From assembly GCA_963693365.1 (NCBI GenBank), contig CAVNZM010000011.1:5092639-5156638 (forward strand): DNA of 64,000 nt, in the 5' to 3' direction. This DNA is from Amoebidium appalachense. Its lineage: Eukaryota > Protista > Ichthyosporea. This document shows positions 28,671 through 40,222 of the stretch, in pieces (position 1 is the first letter of the stretch; each line of letters starts with the position of its first letter). The notes under the pieces were generated by a model that saw nothing but the letters and a program-made list of their open reading frames with translations, made no database searches and was not told the DNA's origin. Both the position numbers and the translations under genes were made by a program.

Positions 28671-28943
28671 TCACAAATCCATGTCGAACGTCAAGAATTC
28701 TTCATCCGAAGCCGGTGTTTCCACAGGCTCCAAACCCTCGTCCCAATTACTCCTTGAGAGCCACCGGAGCTCCAAATGAAAGGGCTCAACAGGGGCTTGG
28801 TCTTCTTTCGCTGGTATTATCCCATGCTCCTCCATGTAGATTTCCGTGCGAAATCGCTCTGCAAAGCGCATTCGGGCAAGTTTCCGCTGGGCTGCTTCAA
28901 CTTCCTTTCCCTTCAGCTTTCTGAATGCTGGGGCAGGGTACAT
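28671..28943 (-). CDS. Hypothetical 90-aa protein (basic N-terminus, acidic C-terminus)
   Basis: Non-repetitive ATG ORF with natural-looking composition; TATA-like GGTATATAAAG on the minus strand at about 29297-29308. No family recognised. Confidence 0.4.
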   Translation of the reverse strand: MYPAPAFRKLKGKEVEAAQRKLARMRFAERFRTEIYMEEHGIIPAKEDQAPVEPFHLELRWLSRSNWDEGLEPVETPASDEEFLTFDMDL

Positions 28944-29875
28944 TTCTGCTTCTTAGTTTTGTGCTAAACCGGTTCTCAATGGGTCTTTTCCAAGTCAAAA
29001 GTTAATTCTTCTGATAGTGGTATGTTGAACCTTTTTGGTCTAAAAGGAGACAGGTGCAAAAAAACTACTGTTCTGATATTGATGTTGCTGCTTGATACCG
29101 CTTCTTTTCTAGGAATCACGAAGAGTGAAAAACCTTGTTGGCATTTCAGCTTCGAAGCATATGCAGAACCTTTGGTGCTCAATCCCTTTTCTTTCTTTCT
29201 CTTTGTTTTTTCAATTTTTGGGGTTTGTTGTTGTCGTTCAAATCGTTGTCGACACGTGGACAAGAAGGTTTTGAACGCGTTCTGGGCGTGTTCACGCTTT
29301 ATATACCTGTCGCTTGGTGACATCATCCTAAAGCATCAGAGGCGGGCAAATATTTGTAATGTAGCCTTGGGCATACGCGGCATATGGGTGTGGCGTCCGA
29401 ATTCACAATCAATATTACACTAATTATGGCAGGGGTAAATCGCAAAACAACTTATAACTAGTTTCTTTGGGAATGGTCTATAGAATAAAGTTATCTATAG
29501 ATAAACCTCTTGTGTCTTGAGCATGTTTGATGTCGACATGAATATACCTATAACTGCTTTTGCATGCTTCTTTAGGAATGTCATGTGGGATGGCAAAATG
29601 GAAGCCGCTTATTCTACCTGACTTTACACCAATAGAATGCTTTCATAATCATGTGGTGTGGATGTGATCATGAGGTGGTCATCGCATGTCATGATATATG
29701 CAGTGTAAAATTAATAAGAAAAAAATAAACATCTGAGTATTTATTTTTATATTTCTGGCGCTAAACGGCATGCTTACAGCTCGTTTTTGGCTGGGAAAAA
29801 CCGAAAACGTATTGCTATCTACGGGTATGACTGTGTACTTTATTACATCCAATCAGATGGGGGACACGAGTGCAC

Positions 29876-30219
29876 TTGGGATATTCGGGTTGGTTGTAAG
29901 GTTTTCCGGGTCGGGCCGAAGGCCCTAACGGGCCGCAGGCCCGCCTATTGGGCCATAGGCCCTAGGCCGCCAGGCCCGGGGCGCCGGGACCGGGGCCCCG
30001 ACCCGGCCCGCGAGCCACCCCCGGCCCGGCCCGGCCAGCCGCTGCTAACCCCCCCGCGGGCCGGGCCGGGCCGGGGGTGGCTCGCGGGCCGGGTCGGGGC
30101 CCCGGTCCCGGCGCCCCGGGCCTGGCGGCCTAGGGCCTATGGCCCAATAGGCGGGCCTGCGGCCCGTTAGGGCCTTCGGCCCGACCCGGAAAACCTTACA
30201 ACCAACCCGAATATCCCAA
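29876..30219. repeat. Perfect inverted repeat, 161-bp arms with 22-nt spacer
   Basis: 29876-30036 is the exact reverse complement of 30059-30219; spacer AGCCGCTGCTAACCCCCCCGCG; outer CCAATCAGA/TCTGATTGG extends it imperfectly. Confidence 0.97.
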
Positions 30220-30912
30220 TATTGCTTCATTCTGATTGGTTGTCACACCACGGGGTTTCCCGATTGTTCTTCGAATGACATTTGCTATCACCATCAGACA
30301 GTTCTCCAATATTAGAACAGAAAACGGTCTCTACCCAGATGGCCAGATGGCCAGGTCAAATTCAGTGTGTGGAAAAAGGTGGATAAAACGGGATAAAACG
30401 GTGAGCAAAATGATCTGGCCATCTGGCCATGTGGCCATGGAATCTCTATATCTAAAAATAGCTGCCACTGCGCCGGGGCGTGGTTCCGGGAGGCAGGGGA
30501 GGCAGGGGGGGCACACGTGCAGGGGAGGCAGGGGGGACACACGTGCAGGGGAGGCAGGGGGGACACTCACTGCCACCACTGGGGGCCGTGGTTCCGGCAG
30601 CAGGGGGGGCAGGGGGGCAGGGGAGGCACACGTGCACAGGAGGCTGGGGAGAGTGGGGGAACCATGGTTGTGTGATACTCTATCCCCCATGTATGGCTGA
30701 GTTAAGACCATTTGTTCATGTAGCACGATCTTCTAGCATGCACGTGTTGGAATGCCACCACTGGGGGGCCTGGTTCCGGCAGGCAGGGGGGCAGGGGGGC
30801 AGGGGGGCAGGGGGGACTGGGGGGCAGGGGGGCAGGGGGGCTGGGGGGACTGGCATGCCACTCACGGGGAGGATAGTGTATGTTGGCACGTGGGGGTGTG
30901 TGGGTGGTTTTT

Positions 30913-31395
30913 TTATTTGGGCTTGTGCTTATGGCAATGGGTCGTAGATTTCACCCTGTTTTTGCAGGGATTGCCAGCCTTGGTTTTGCCCTGGCAGTAC
31001 CCATTTTCCCTGCCCACACCCACCGCTGCAGCTGCAACCGGTGGCTGTGGTGCACCCATGGGTGGATCCGGAGTGGACACAGTCAGCGCGGGTACCCCGG
31101 TGCGCTCGGTGCGAGGGCGCTGCATTTCTGCGACTGTAAAGGCGGCCAGGAGGTCGTCCAGCAGGAGGTTTGCATGAGCATAGTCCCCGGCCTTGTGGGG
31201 GTGGAGGATGTTGATGGTGTTGTCGCTGTAGAGGAGGACACCGGTGGCAGGGGCAAAGCATACCCAGGGCTTGAAGCCGTCCTTGTGGTGTGGGCATGTT
31301 TTCTTTTTGTTTTTGCACTGGGCTTTTTTTGAGGGTGCAAATGCAGGGCATCGTTCGGGGTCAACCGAATCGGGGCGCAAAAGTGCGTCTCCCAT
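30913..31395 (-). CDS. Small protein with two C-C-CxxH zinc knuckles (DUF5763-like)
   Basis: RCPAFAPSKKAQCKNKKKTCPHH and YCQGKTKAGNPCKNRVKSTTHCHKH; this motif type is common in giant-virus proteins. Confidence 0.7.
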   Translation of the reverse strand: MGDALLRPDSVDPERCPAFAPSKKAQCKNKKKTCPHHKDGFKPWVCFAPATGVLLYSDNTINILHPHKAGDYAHANLLLDDLLAAFTVAEMQRPRTERTGVPALTVSTPDPPMGAPQPPVAAAAVGVGRENGYCQGKTKAGNPCKNRVKSTTHCHKHKPK

Positions 31396-31699
31396 TTCTA
31401 GTGTTTTGTTTTGGTGTGCACTGTTCTTGGATTGGGGTGAAGCGAGACAAAAAGTAAAAGCGAGTACTTTTTGTTGACTGGTTGATGGCATATCAATCAA
31501 TCTCTTGGTGCCAAACCACTGACCAATCACATGGGTGTATTCACGAATTCCAATCTAAATTCGGCATCTGGAGAGAGGGGTACTGGTAAAACACAAGAGC
31601 AACACGGCATCAAGAGTTTGTACCACAGGCAAGATCTCAGAGAGGTCACTTTTGGGGTGTAACACGTCGGATACTGAAAGTTTTGTGAGGTACACGTAC

Positions 31700-31972
31700 A
31701 TGTTCGACAGCACGGTCACCACAGGCATTCTTTATGTGATATCTATATGCAGTGTCGTTGCAAATATACACTGGTACAATTTAATGAAGTCCGAACCGAA
31801 TGCTAGAGAGAAAGTGAACAAAATGTATCTGGTGTACGTCAGCGCTGCTATTGTCCTCACATGTTTATTGGTTACACCATTGGTGTATGCAGTCATATAC
31901 TATTTCAATAAGAAGACGGGTGCTGCGGAGTACGACACCACTCTGAGACAAACAAGTCACTCGGACTTTTAA
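31700..31972 (+). CDS. Small two-TM membrane protein
   Basis: Hydrophobic segments GILYVISICSVVANIHWY and YLVYVSAAIVLTCLLVTPLVYAVIYYF. Confidence 0.55.
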   Translation: MFDSTVTTGILYVISICSVVANIHWYNLMKSEPNAREKVNKMYLVYVSAAIVLTCLLVTPLVYAVIYYFNKKTGAAEYDTTLRQTSHSDF

Positions 31973-31987
31973 TTCAATTAACACACC

Positions 31988-32250
31988 GCGCTACAAAAGT
32001 GGAGTACACGACAATCACAGCGCCAGCGCTGATACAAAAGTGGAGTACACGACAATCACAGCGCCAGCGCTGATACAAAAGTGGAGTACACGCCAGCGCT
32101 GATACAAAAGTGGAGTACCGCCAGCGCTGATACAAAAGTGGAGTACACGACAATCACAGCGCCAGCGCTGATACAAAAGTGGAGTACACGACAATCACAG
32201 CGCCAGCGCTGATACAAAAGTGGAGTACACGCCAGCGCTGATACAAAAAG
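31988..32250. repeat. Tandem repeat GCCAGCGCTGATACAAAAGTGGAGTACAC(GACAATCACAGC)
   Basis: About 7 units of 27-41 bp. Confidence 0.9.
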
Positions 32251-32401
32251 CAATAAACATGGTACTCCACACCACACGTGCACCGACCCGAAAACACGAA
32301 AATAAACACACAACGACAGCGCTGCACGGCCGATACAGTTACTTTGCATACCATTGGCCCGGGCTGGGATGAACGAGTAACACTGCTAGTGCATGCAGGG
32401 A

Positions 32402-33715
32402 ATACAGAGCAGGAAGAGAGAAATGGTGCTAGTGCATGTGGGTGGTGGGGGACTCTTTGAATGCATGCATGGCATGGGGATTGAAGGACTTAGACGTGCA
32501 TGCATGAAGGGGGGAGGGGAGGGGGGGGGGGGTGGGGGGGGGGATATAGAGCAGGAAGAGAGAAATGGTGCTAGTGCATGTGGGTGGTGGGGGACTCTTT
32601 GAATGCATGCATGGCATGGGGATTGAAGGACTTAGACGTGCATGCATGAAGGGGGGAGGGGAGGGGGGGGGGGATATAGAGCAGGAAGAGAGAAATGGTG
32701 CTAGTGCATGTGGGTGGTGGGGGACTCTTTGAATGCATGCATGGCATGGGGATTGAAGGACTTAGACGTGCATGCATGAAGGGGGGAGGGGAGGGGGGGG
32801 GGGGATATAGAGCAGGAAGAGAGAAATGGTGCTAGTGCATGTGGGTGGTGGGGGACTCTTTGAATGTGTGCATGGCATGGGGATTGAAGGACTTAGACGT
32901 GCATGCATGAAGGGGGGAGGGGAGGAGGGGGGTGGGGGGGGGGATATAGAGCAGGAAGAGAGAAATGGTGCTAGTGCATGTGGGTGGTGGGGGACTCTTT
33001 GAGTGTGTGCATGGCATGGGGATTGAAGGACTTAGACGTGCATGCATGAAGGGGGAAGGGGAGGGGGGGGGGGTGGGGGGGGGGGGATATAGAGCAGGAA
33101 GAGAGAAATGGTGCTAGTGCATGTGGGTGGTGGGGGACTCTTTGAGTGTGTGCATGGCATGGGGATTGAAGGACTTAGACGTGCATGCATGAAGGGGGAA
33201 GGGGAGGGGGGGGTGGGGGGGGGGGGGGATATAGAGCAGGAAGAGCGAAATGGTGCTAGTGCATGTGGGTGGTGGGGGACTCTTTGAGTGTGTGCATGGC
33301 ATGGGGATTGAAGGACTTAGACGTGCATGCATGAAGGGGGGGGAGGGGAGGGGGGGGGGGGGGGGGGGGGGGATATAGAGCAGGAAGAGAGAAATGGTGC
33401 TAGTGCATGTGGGTGGTGGGGGACTCTTTGAGTGTGTGCATGGCATGGGATTGAAGGACTTAGACGTGCATGCATGAAGGGGGAAGGGGGAGGGGGGGGG
33501 GGGGTGGGGGGGGGATATAGAGCAGGAAGAGAGAAATGGTGCTAGTGCATGTGGGTGGTGGGGGACTCTTTGAGTGTGTGCATGGCATGGGGATTGAAGG
33601 ACTTAGACGTGCATGCATGAAGGGGGGAGGGGGGATACAGAGCAGGAAGAGAGAAATAGTGCTAGTGCATGTGGGTGGTGGGACTCTTTGAGTGTGTGAA
33701 GGACTTAGACGTGCA
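32402..33715. repeat. Satellite, 10 copies of an about 130-145 bp unit with a variable G-tract
   Basis: AGAGCAGGAAGAGAGAAATGGTGCTAGTGCATGTGGG...GGACTTAGACGTGCATGCATGAAGGGG repeated. Confidence 0.95.
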
Positions 33716-33848
33716 TCACGTCTGTGTATACAAGCATGTGGGGTAAGCACAGATTCAGATAACACTGGATTTCTTTTTATAAAATCCATCTCCAACCGAT
33801 TGTAAAAAGAAATCCCAAAACTTCTACCTATACATTATACAGAAACCG

Positions 33849-34035
33849 TAGGCTCTGCCATGTAACATAGTCGAAGCCCCCCCCCCCCCCAAAAAAAAAC
33901 AAAAAAAAACAAAAACAAAAACCAAAAAAAAAAAACAATGCTTTCAAGTCTATATTTTTCCAGATTTCACACGGCATCACTCCCACGTCCTAGGCTCTGC
34001 CATGTAACATAGTCGAAGCCCCCCCCCCCCCCCCC

Positions 34036-34069
<34 letters not shown>

Positions 34070-34164
34070 AATGCTTTCCGTGTTTCATAGCCAAGTCTAT
34101 ATTTTTCCACATTTCACACGGCATCACTCCAACGTCTTAGGCTCTGCCATGTAACATAGTCGAA

Positions 34165-34195
<31 letters not shown>

Positions 34196-34240
34196 CAAAA
34201 AAAAAACAAAAAAAAAAACAAAACAAAAAAAACACACACA
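33849..34240. repeat. Three copies of TAGGCTCTGCCATGTAACATAGTCGAAG-polyC-polyA
   Basis: Copies at about 33849, 33991 and 34138. Confidence 0.85.
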
Positions 34241-34247
34241 AAGTCTT

Positions 34248-35759
34248 TCAGACCGAATGGTCATCGTCACTGGAAGTCACAGGCCTCCGTGTGCGGAGCA
34301 CCGTTTTCTTGCCCGATGGTCTTTCTTTCTTGCCCTGCCCTGCACGACTGCTTTCTTTCCGCTTCTTCTCATCCTCCTCTCTGGCTGCTTCGTCGAGAAT
34401 CTTATCTATTGATTCCTTGGGCCTTTCTCTCTCTCCGCCCCGGAACCGTTTGGGCACATTCCCACCTGAATCCGCCCCCCTCTTCAGCCCGAGCCCGGTT
34501 TTTGTGTGGGGACTGGACATCATGGGGTCTGTGCGAGCGGGGGCACTCTGAATAGGACGTTGGTGGGGGCGGGCAACGGATGAACGACCGGATTGGGTAG
34601 CGCTAGAGGGGGGGGGGGGGGAGTATCTCCTCGACGTCGGATGTTTGTGTGTGGGGATTGGACATCATGGGGTCTATGTGAGCGGGGGCACTCTGAATAG
34701 GACGTTGGTGGGGGCGGGCAACGGATGAACGACCGGATTGGGTAGCGCTAGAGGGGGGGGGGGGGGAGTATCTCCACGTCGGATGTATGGGGGGAGCGTT
34801 TCAGGCCCAAAAGCAGTTTTTGTGTGCTCTCCTTGACTGTCTTTCGATAGGTTTTCTGCAGGTCTGCCATCTCTGACTCGACTTTTGCATTTTCCTCCTT
34901 CTGCCAGGCCACCTCATCCTGCAAGGATAACTTTTCGGCCGTCTCACTAATGAGCCGAGCTTCGAGTTCCTGAACCCTCTCAGCCAACAGGTTGTTCGTT
35001 GCAGAAGCAGTATATTTATCTTTGACTGCTGCTTCTTTGACCTCTCTAATCGTTTCTGTCAACCGTTTGTTTTCATCTTTCACCGTTTGCAACGCTTTCT
35101 CCGCATTTTCATATTTCTCTTTGTATTCGAGTAAGGTGGTGGTGGCGGCGGTGGTGGGTGTAGCAGGCACAGATGTCACGCCAAGTGAGGCTAAAGCCTG
35201 ACTAAGTTGCAATGTCATTTCTGCCTGTAGTGCTTCCATAAGTCTATGGTCGATGGGAGCCGAAGAAACGTCCTTGTCGGTGGGGTCGGCGGGGGTGCCC
35301 TTTTTGTCGGTGGGGTCGGCGGGGTCGGCGGGGGTGCCCTTTTTGTCGGTGGGGTCGGCGGGGTCGGCGGGGGTGCCCTTTTTGTCGGTGGGGTCGGCGG
35401 GGTCGGCGGGGGTGCCCTTTTTGTCGGTGGGGTCGGCGGGGTCGGCGGGGGTGCCCTTTTTGTCGGTGGGGTCGGTGGGGTCGGCGGGGGTGCCCTTTTT
35501 GTCGGTGGGGTCGGCGGGGTCGGCGGGGGTGCCCTTTTTGTCGGTGGGGTCAGCGGGGTCGGCGGGGGGTGCCCTTTTTGTCGGTGGGGTCGGCGGGGTC
35601 GGCGGGGGTGCCCTTTTTGTCGGTGGGGTCGGTGGGGTCGGTGGGGGTGCCCTTTTTGGGGTCGGTGGGGTCGGCGGGGTTTGTGGGGGTGCCCTTTTTG
35701 GGGTCGGTGGGGTCGGCGGGGTTTGTGCTTTGCCCGACCATTTGCGAGGCGCTATCCAT
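34248..35759 (-). CDS. Hypothetical protein: 13-aa ADPADPTDKKGTP repeats, coiled coil, basic C-terminal tail (frameshifted in homopolymers)
   Basis: ORF pieces 35550-35759, 34748-35239 and 34248-34523 are collinear; 39-bp coding repeat at about 35275-35720; internal duplication about 34515-34620 and 34658-34770. Confidence 0.6.
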
Positions 35760-36161
35760 GGTTCACAAATTCAAAAGAGGGGAATGTGAAATAGAAAAGA
35801 CTACCTAGAAAAACGTGGAGGTCAGAGTCAGACACTTCTTCCCAAAAAAAAAAAGATACGAACAAAAAAAAGTCGTCACTGAAATAGAGATACGAACAAA
35901 AAAAGTCGTCACTGAATTATTTACAAAAAGCAAAGCAAACGAAAATTCTATCGCGTGCAAACACACCGTGAACTGAAAAAAACCTCTTACACAAAGCCAA
36001 AATAAAGCAAAATTCATTCATGTGCAAACGCGGCTGTGAACTGATCAAAAAGGCCATCACCGATGATTTTTAGAAGCAAAATGTTCTTATAAGGGGATCC
36101 ATTGAGGACTGAGGACCGAGGACCAAGCTTTGCCAAGCCTTGTAGTGCATGAGATGTAAAA

Positions 36162-36434
36162 TATTGTATCCACTTTGGGTATGAAGCGCTGGCGCTGGGT
36201 TTGTCGTATACTCCACTTCGGGGCTTTTGTATGCAGCGCTTATTTCCCCTCTTTTTGCACACACAGCTTTGCACACACAGCAACTGTCTTTTTATTGTAT
36301 CCACTTTGGGTATGAAGCTTGGGCGCTGGGTTTGTCGTATACTCCACTTCGGGGCTTTTGTATGCAGCGCTTATTTCCCCTCTTTTTGCACACACAGCTC
36401 ACACACACACGCACACACACACGCACACACACAC

Positions 36435-36486
<52 letters not shown>

Positions 36487-36812
36487 ATATCCAATAGCAT
36501 CTCATTCGCGGACTTCTTGGTGCTCTGATTGTTGGATCCACGTCAGTGATCGGGCACTGGCACTCCAGGCAGCGAATTTCATAATCTGATTGTCCAATGG
36601 TCATCTCATTCGCGGACTTCTTTGTGCTCTGATTGGTGTATAACAGTTGGATCCACGTCAGTGATAGGGCACTGGCACTCCAGGCAGCGAATTTCATAAT
36701 CTGATTGGCCATCTCATTCGCGGACTTCTCCGTGCTCTGATTGGTGTATAACAGTTGGATCCACGTGATAGGGCACTGGCACTCCAGGCAGCGCATGTCA
36801 TAATCTGATTGG
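36162..36812. repeat. Intergenic duplications (about 132 bp x2; about 105 bp x3) rich in ATTGG/CCAAT boxes
   Basis: ATTGTATCCACTTTGGGTATGAAGC... twice; CATCTCATTCGCGGACTTC...GGGCACTGGCACTCCAGGCAGCG three times; located between divergent genes. Confidence 0.8.
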
Positions 36813-37704
36813 CCAAGTGCCCCATCGGCTCTTCAGATGCCGGATTCACAAAACGCTTTCCACACATAATTTTTGTATTAAGAAAGTGTATAATCAATTT
36901 ATTTTGGTGCTTTTGGTATTTATTGGTACATATTAGCGATATATATTGCTTCGCGGAAGGGTCCTGGGGAGCAAGGGCGGTAATACTATAATTAGCAGCC
37001 GAGTTGATAAGCCAGTTATCACGGGCGCGAATATTCCCAAATGCACGCGAATCATTCAGTGATTGTTGGATAGGGGCTATCGGGCACTGGTACTAAGGGC
37101 AAACGCGTGTCGGCCATGGCATGATCTGATTAGCCAATTTGATACGATGTTGCAAATCCTAAAGGCTTTTCGTAGACTGGTTTCAGAAAACGCTTTCCAC
37201 ACAAATTTCTAAGCAAATATTTGCATAATAAATATAAATTAATCATTTTGGGTATATTATTTTTATTGCTAAGTTATAACACTTAATTAGCCACAAATTT
37301 GGCTACGCAGAGGGGCAGCCGGGTCGGTGAAACGATCTTACTGATTGGCCAGTTATCACGTACGCGCGCCGAGTATTGCCCAATACACATTCCATTTTGC
37401 AATTGGGCAAACAGGACAAACTATTGATTGGTCAGCTATCATTTCAATGACATGATTGAAGCGCGCCACTTCAGTTCGTGTCACTTGCACCCCGGCGCTG
37501 AAACTGTTTACGTTGCAAGCAGGCCAGAGTCAAAACAAAGAACGAGAACACAGACCTGTTAGTCTGTGCACGTCGCGCTTTTAGCTGCCTTTTCTTCTTT
37601 GAATACAGACACGTAGAATTTCCTTCACGTTTTTCCCGACACATTTTAAACACACACATTGTAGACTAGACGCGAGCGCAGCAGTGGCACAAGCACACAG
37701 GCAA

Positions 37705-37761
<57 letters not shown>

Positions 37762-37854
37762 CGAGCGCGAGCGCAGCAGTGGCACAAGCACATAGCAAGC
37801 GCGCTCGCAGACGAGAAAAAGCTCACAATCAAACACAAAATACACACAAACAAC

Positions 37855-39215
37855 ATGGCTGCTACCAACGAACAGTTTCTGGCGCTCATCAATGATGCGT
37901 TCCAGAGTAGCATACAAGCAAACCCACCAACATTCATATTCTCGAAACATACTGATCCTACAATCATTTTTACGGGTGAAGAGCTATTCACACGACAGGG
38001 TTTTAATCGTTATCAAAGAAAGAAGACGGCACCAATATTACACGTTGTGAAACCCAACGATTCAGATCATGTTTCGGTCTTCTTGTTTGAACTCAACGAC
38101 GGGCGTCTGTATCACAGGAACAAATATCAGTTGCAACAACTCGAAAACAACAAGGGTATCAATACGACTATTGCTTGGATTCTGAAATGGGGTGGCCCTC
38201 AATGGAGAGTTTACGATCTTGGCAGCTATCATGGAAACTCGGATGGTTTGGCGGCGATGCTCAGTCGACTTTCCACTTTCAGTGGCAGCCACGACTTAAG
38301 TCACATACCTGAAGTATCGGGTTCTTTGCCGGGGGAGAAACAAATTTTTTGGATATTCAAAAGGCTCGGATGGGAAGTGTGGTGGGATGGGGCTGCACGC
38401 AGCCCTCCAGACAGACCTGCTGTCAAACTGCCGGCCCCGACGATTAACCACCCGAAAAGCGGGCAAAAGTGGAGGTCCACAAGAGTGATGATGAAGGAGA
38501 GGGGGAAGAGGGGGTTGGAGAGGGAGAAGGGGGAGAGTGGAGAGGAGAGGGAGAAGGGGAAGAGGGGGTTGGAGAGGGAGAAGGGGGAGAGTGGAGAGGA
38601 GAGGGAGAAGGGGGGGGGGGGGGGAGAGGGAGAAGGGGGAGAGTGGAGAGGAGAGGGAGAAGGGGGAGAGGGGGGGAGAGGGAGAGGGGGAGAGGGGGGG
38701 AGAGGGAGAAGGGGAAGAGGGGGTTGGAGAGGGAGAAGGGGGAGAGTGGAGAGGAGAGGGAGAAGGGGGAGAGAGGGGGTTGGAGAGGGAGAAGGGGGAG
38801 AGTGGAGAGGAGAGGGAGAGGGGGGGGAGGGGGAGAGGGGGGGAGAGGGAGAAGGGGAGAGGGAGAGGGAGAGGGAGAAGGGGGAGAGTGGAGAGGAGAG
38901 GGAGAAGGGGAAGAGGGGGTTGGAGAGGGAGAAGGGGGAGAGTGGAGAGGAGAGGGAGAAGGGGGAGAGTGGGATTTCCAGCCAGGTAACCCCCCCCCCC
39001 CCCACACACACACACAACCAACCACCCAATTACCCAACCACCTACACCACCATCACCCACACATTGAAGCCATCACACACCTGCACGCATGCATGCACCT
39101 CGGCTTATCCCCCCCCCCCCCCCACACACACACACCACGGGAAGGCACCTGCACGCATGCATGCACCTAGGCCTATCCCACCCCCCCATCCCCCCCCCCC
39201 CCCCCCCGGCTCCCC

Positions 39216-39258
<43 letters not shown>

Positions 39259-39330
39259 ACGGGAAGGCACCTGCACGCATGCATGCACCTAGGCCTATCC
39301 CCACCCCCCATCCCCCCCCCCCCCCCCCCC

Positions 39331-39371
<41 letters not shown>

Positions 39372-39448
39372 ACGGGAAGGCACCTGCACGCATGCATGCA
39401 CCTAGGCCTATCCCACCCCCCCATCCCCCCCCCCCCCCCGGCTCCCCC

Positions 39449-39488
<40 letters not shown>

Positions 39489-39726
39489 ACGGGAAGGCAC
39501 CTGCACGCATGCATGACACACACACACACACACACACACCACGGGAAGGCACCTGCACGCATGCATGCCTTATCCCCCCCCCCCCCCACACACACACACA
39601 CACACACACACCACGGGAGGCACCTGCACGCATGCATGACACACACACACACACACACACACCACGGAAAGGCACCTGCACGCATGTATGCACTCGGCTA
39701 AACCCCCCCCCCCCCCCCTGGCTCCC

Positions 39727-39760
<34 letters not shown>

Positions 39761-39838
39761 ACGGGAAGGCACCTGCACGCATGCATGACACACACACACA
39801 CACACACACACCACGGGAAGGCACCTGCACGCATGCAT

Positions 39839-39870
<32 letters not shown>

Positions 39871-39896
39871 ACGGGAAGGCACCTGCACGCATGCAT

Positions 39897-39928
<32 letters not shown>

Positions 39929-39954
39929 ACGGGAAGGCACCTGCACGCATGCAT

Positions 39955-39986
<32 letters not shown>

Positions 39987-40012
39987 ACGGGAAGGCACCT
40001 GCACGCATGCAT

Positions 40013-40044
<32 letters not shown>

Positions 40045-40070
40045 ACGGGAAGGCACCTGCACGCATGCAT

Positions 40071-40102
<32 letters not shown>

Positions 40103-40189
40103 ACGGGAAGGCACCTGCACGCATGCATGACACACACACACACACACACACACCACGGGAAGGCACCTGCACGCATGTATGCACTCGGC

Positions 40190-40222
<33 letters not shown>

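Noticed and set aside
30037-30058. CRESS-type nonanucleotide origin in the palindrome loop
   Set aside because: The loop lacks a NANTANTAC-like motif.
29787-30947. ORFs across the palindrome and G-rich flank
   Set aside because: Products of GC-rich symmetric sequence with no protein-like features.
32402-33715. CRISPR-like repeat-spacer appearance
   Set aside because: Units exceed 100 bp, the 'spacers' are only G-tracts, and there are no cas genes.
39070-40192. About 29-bp repeat with spacers resembling a CRISPR array
   Set aside because: Spacers are (CA)n, not unique sequence; it is an intronic minisatellite.
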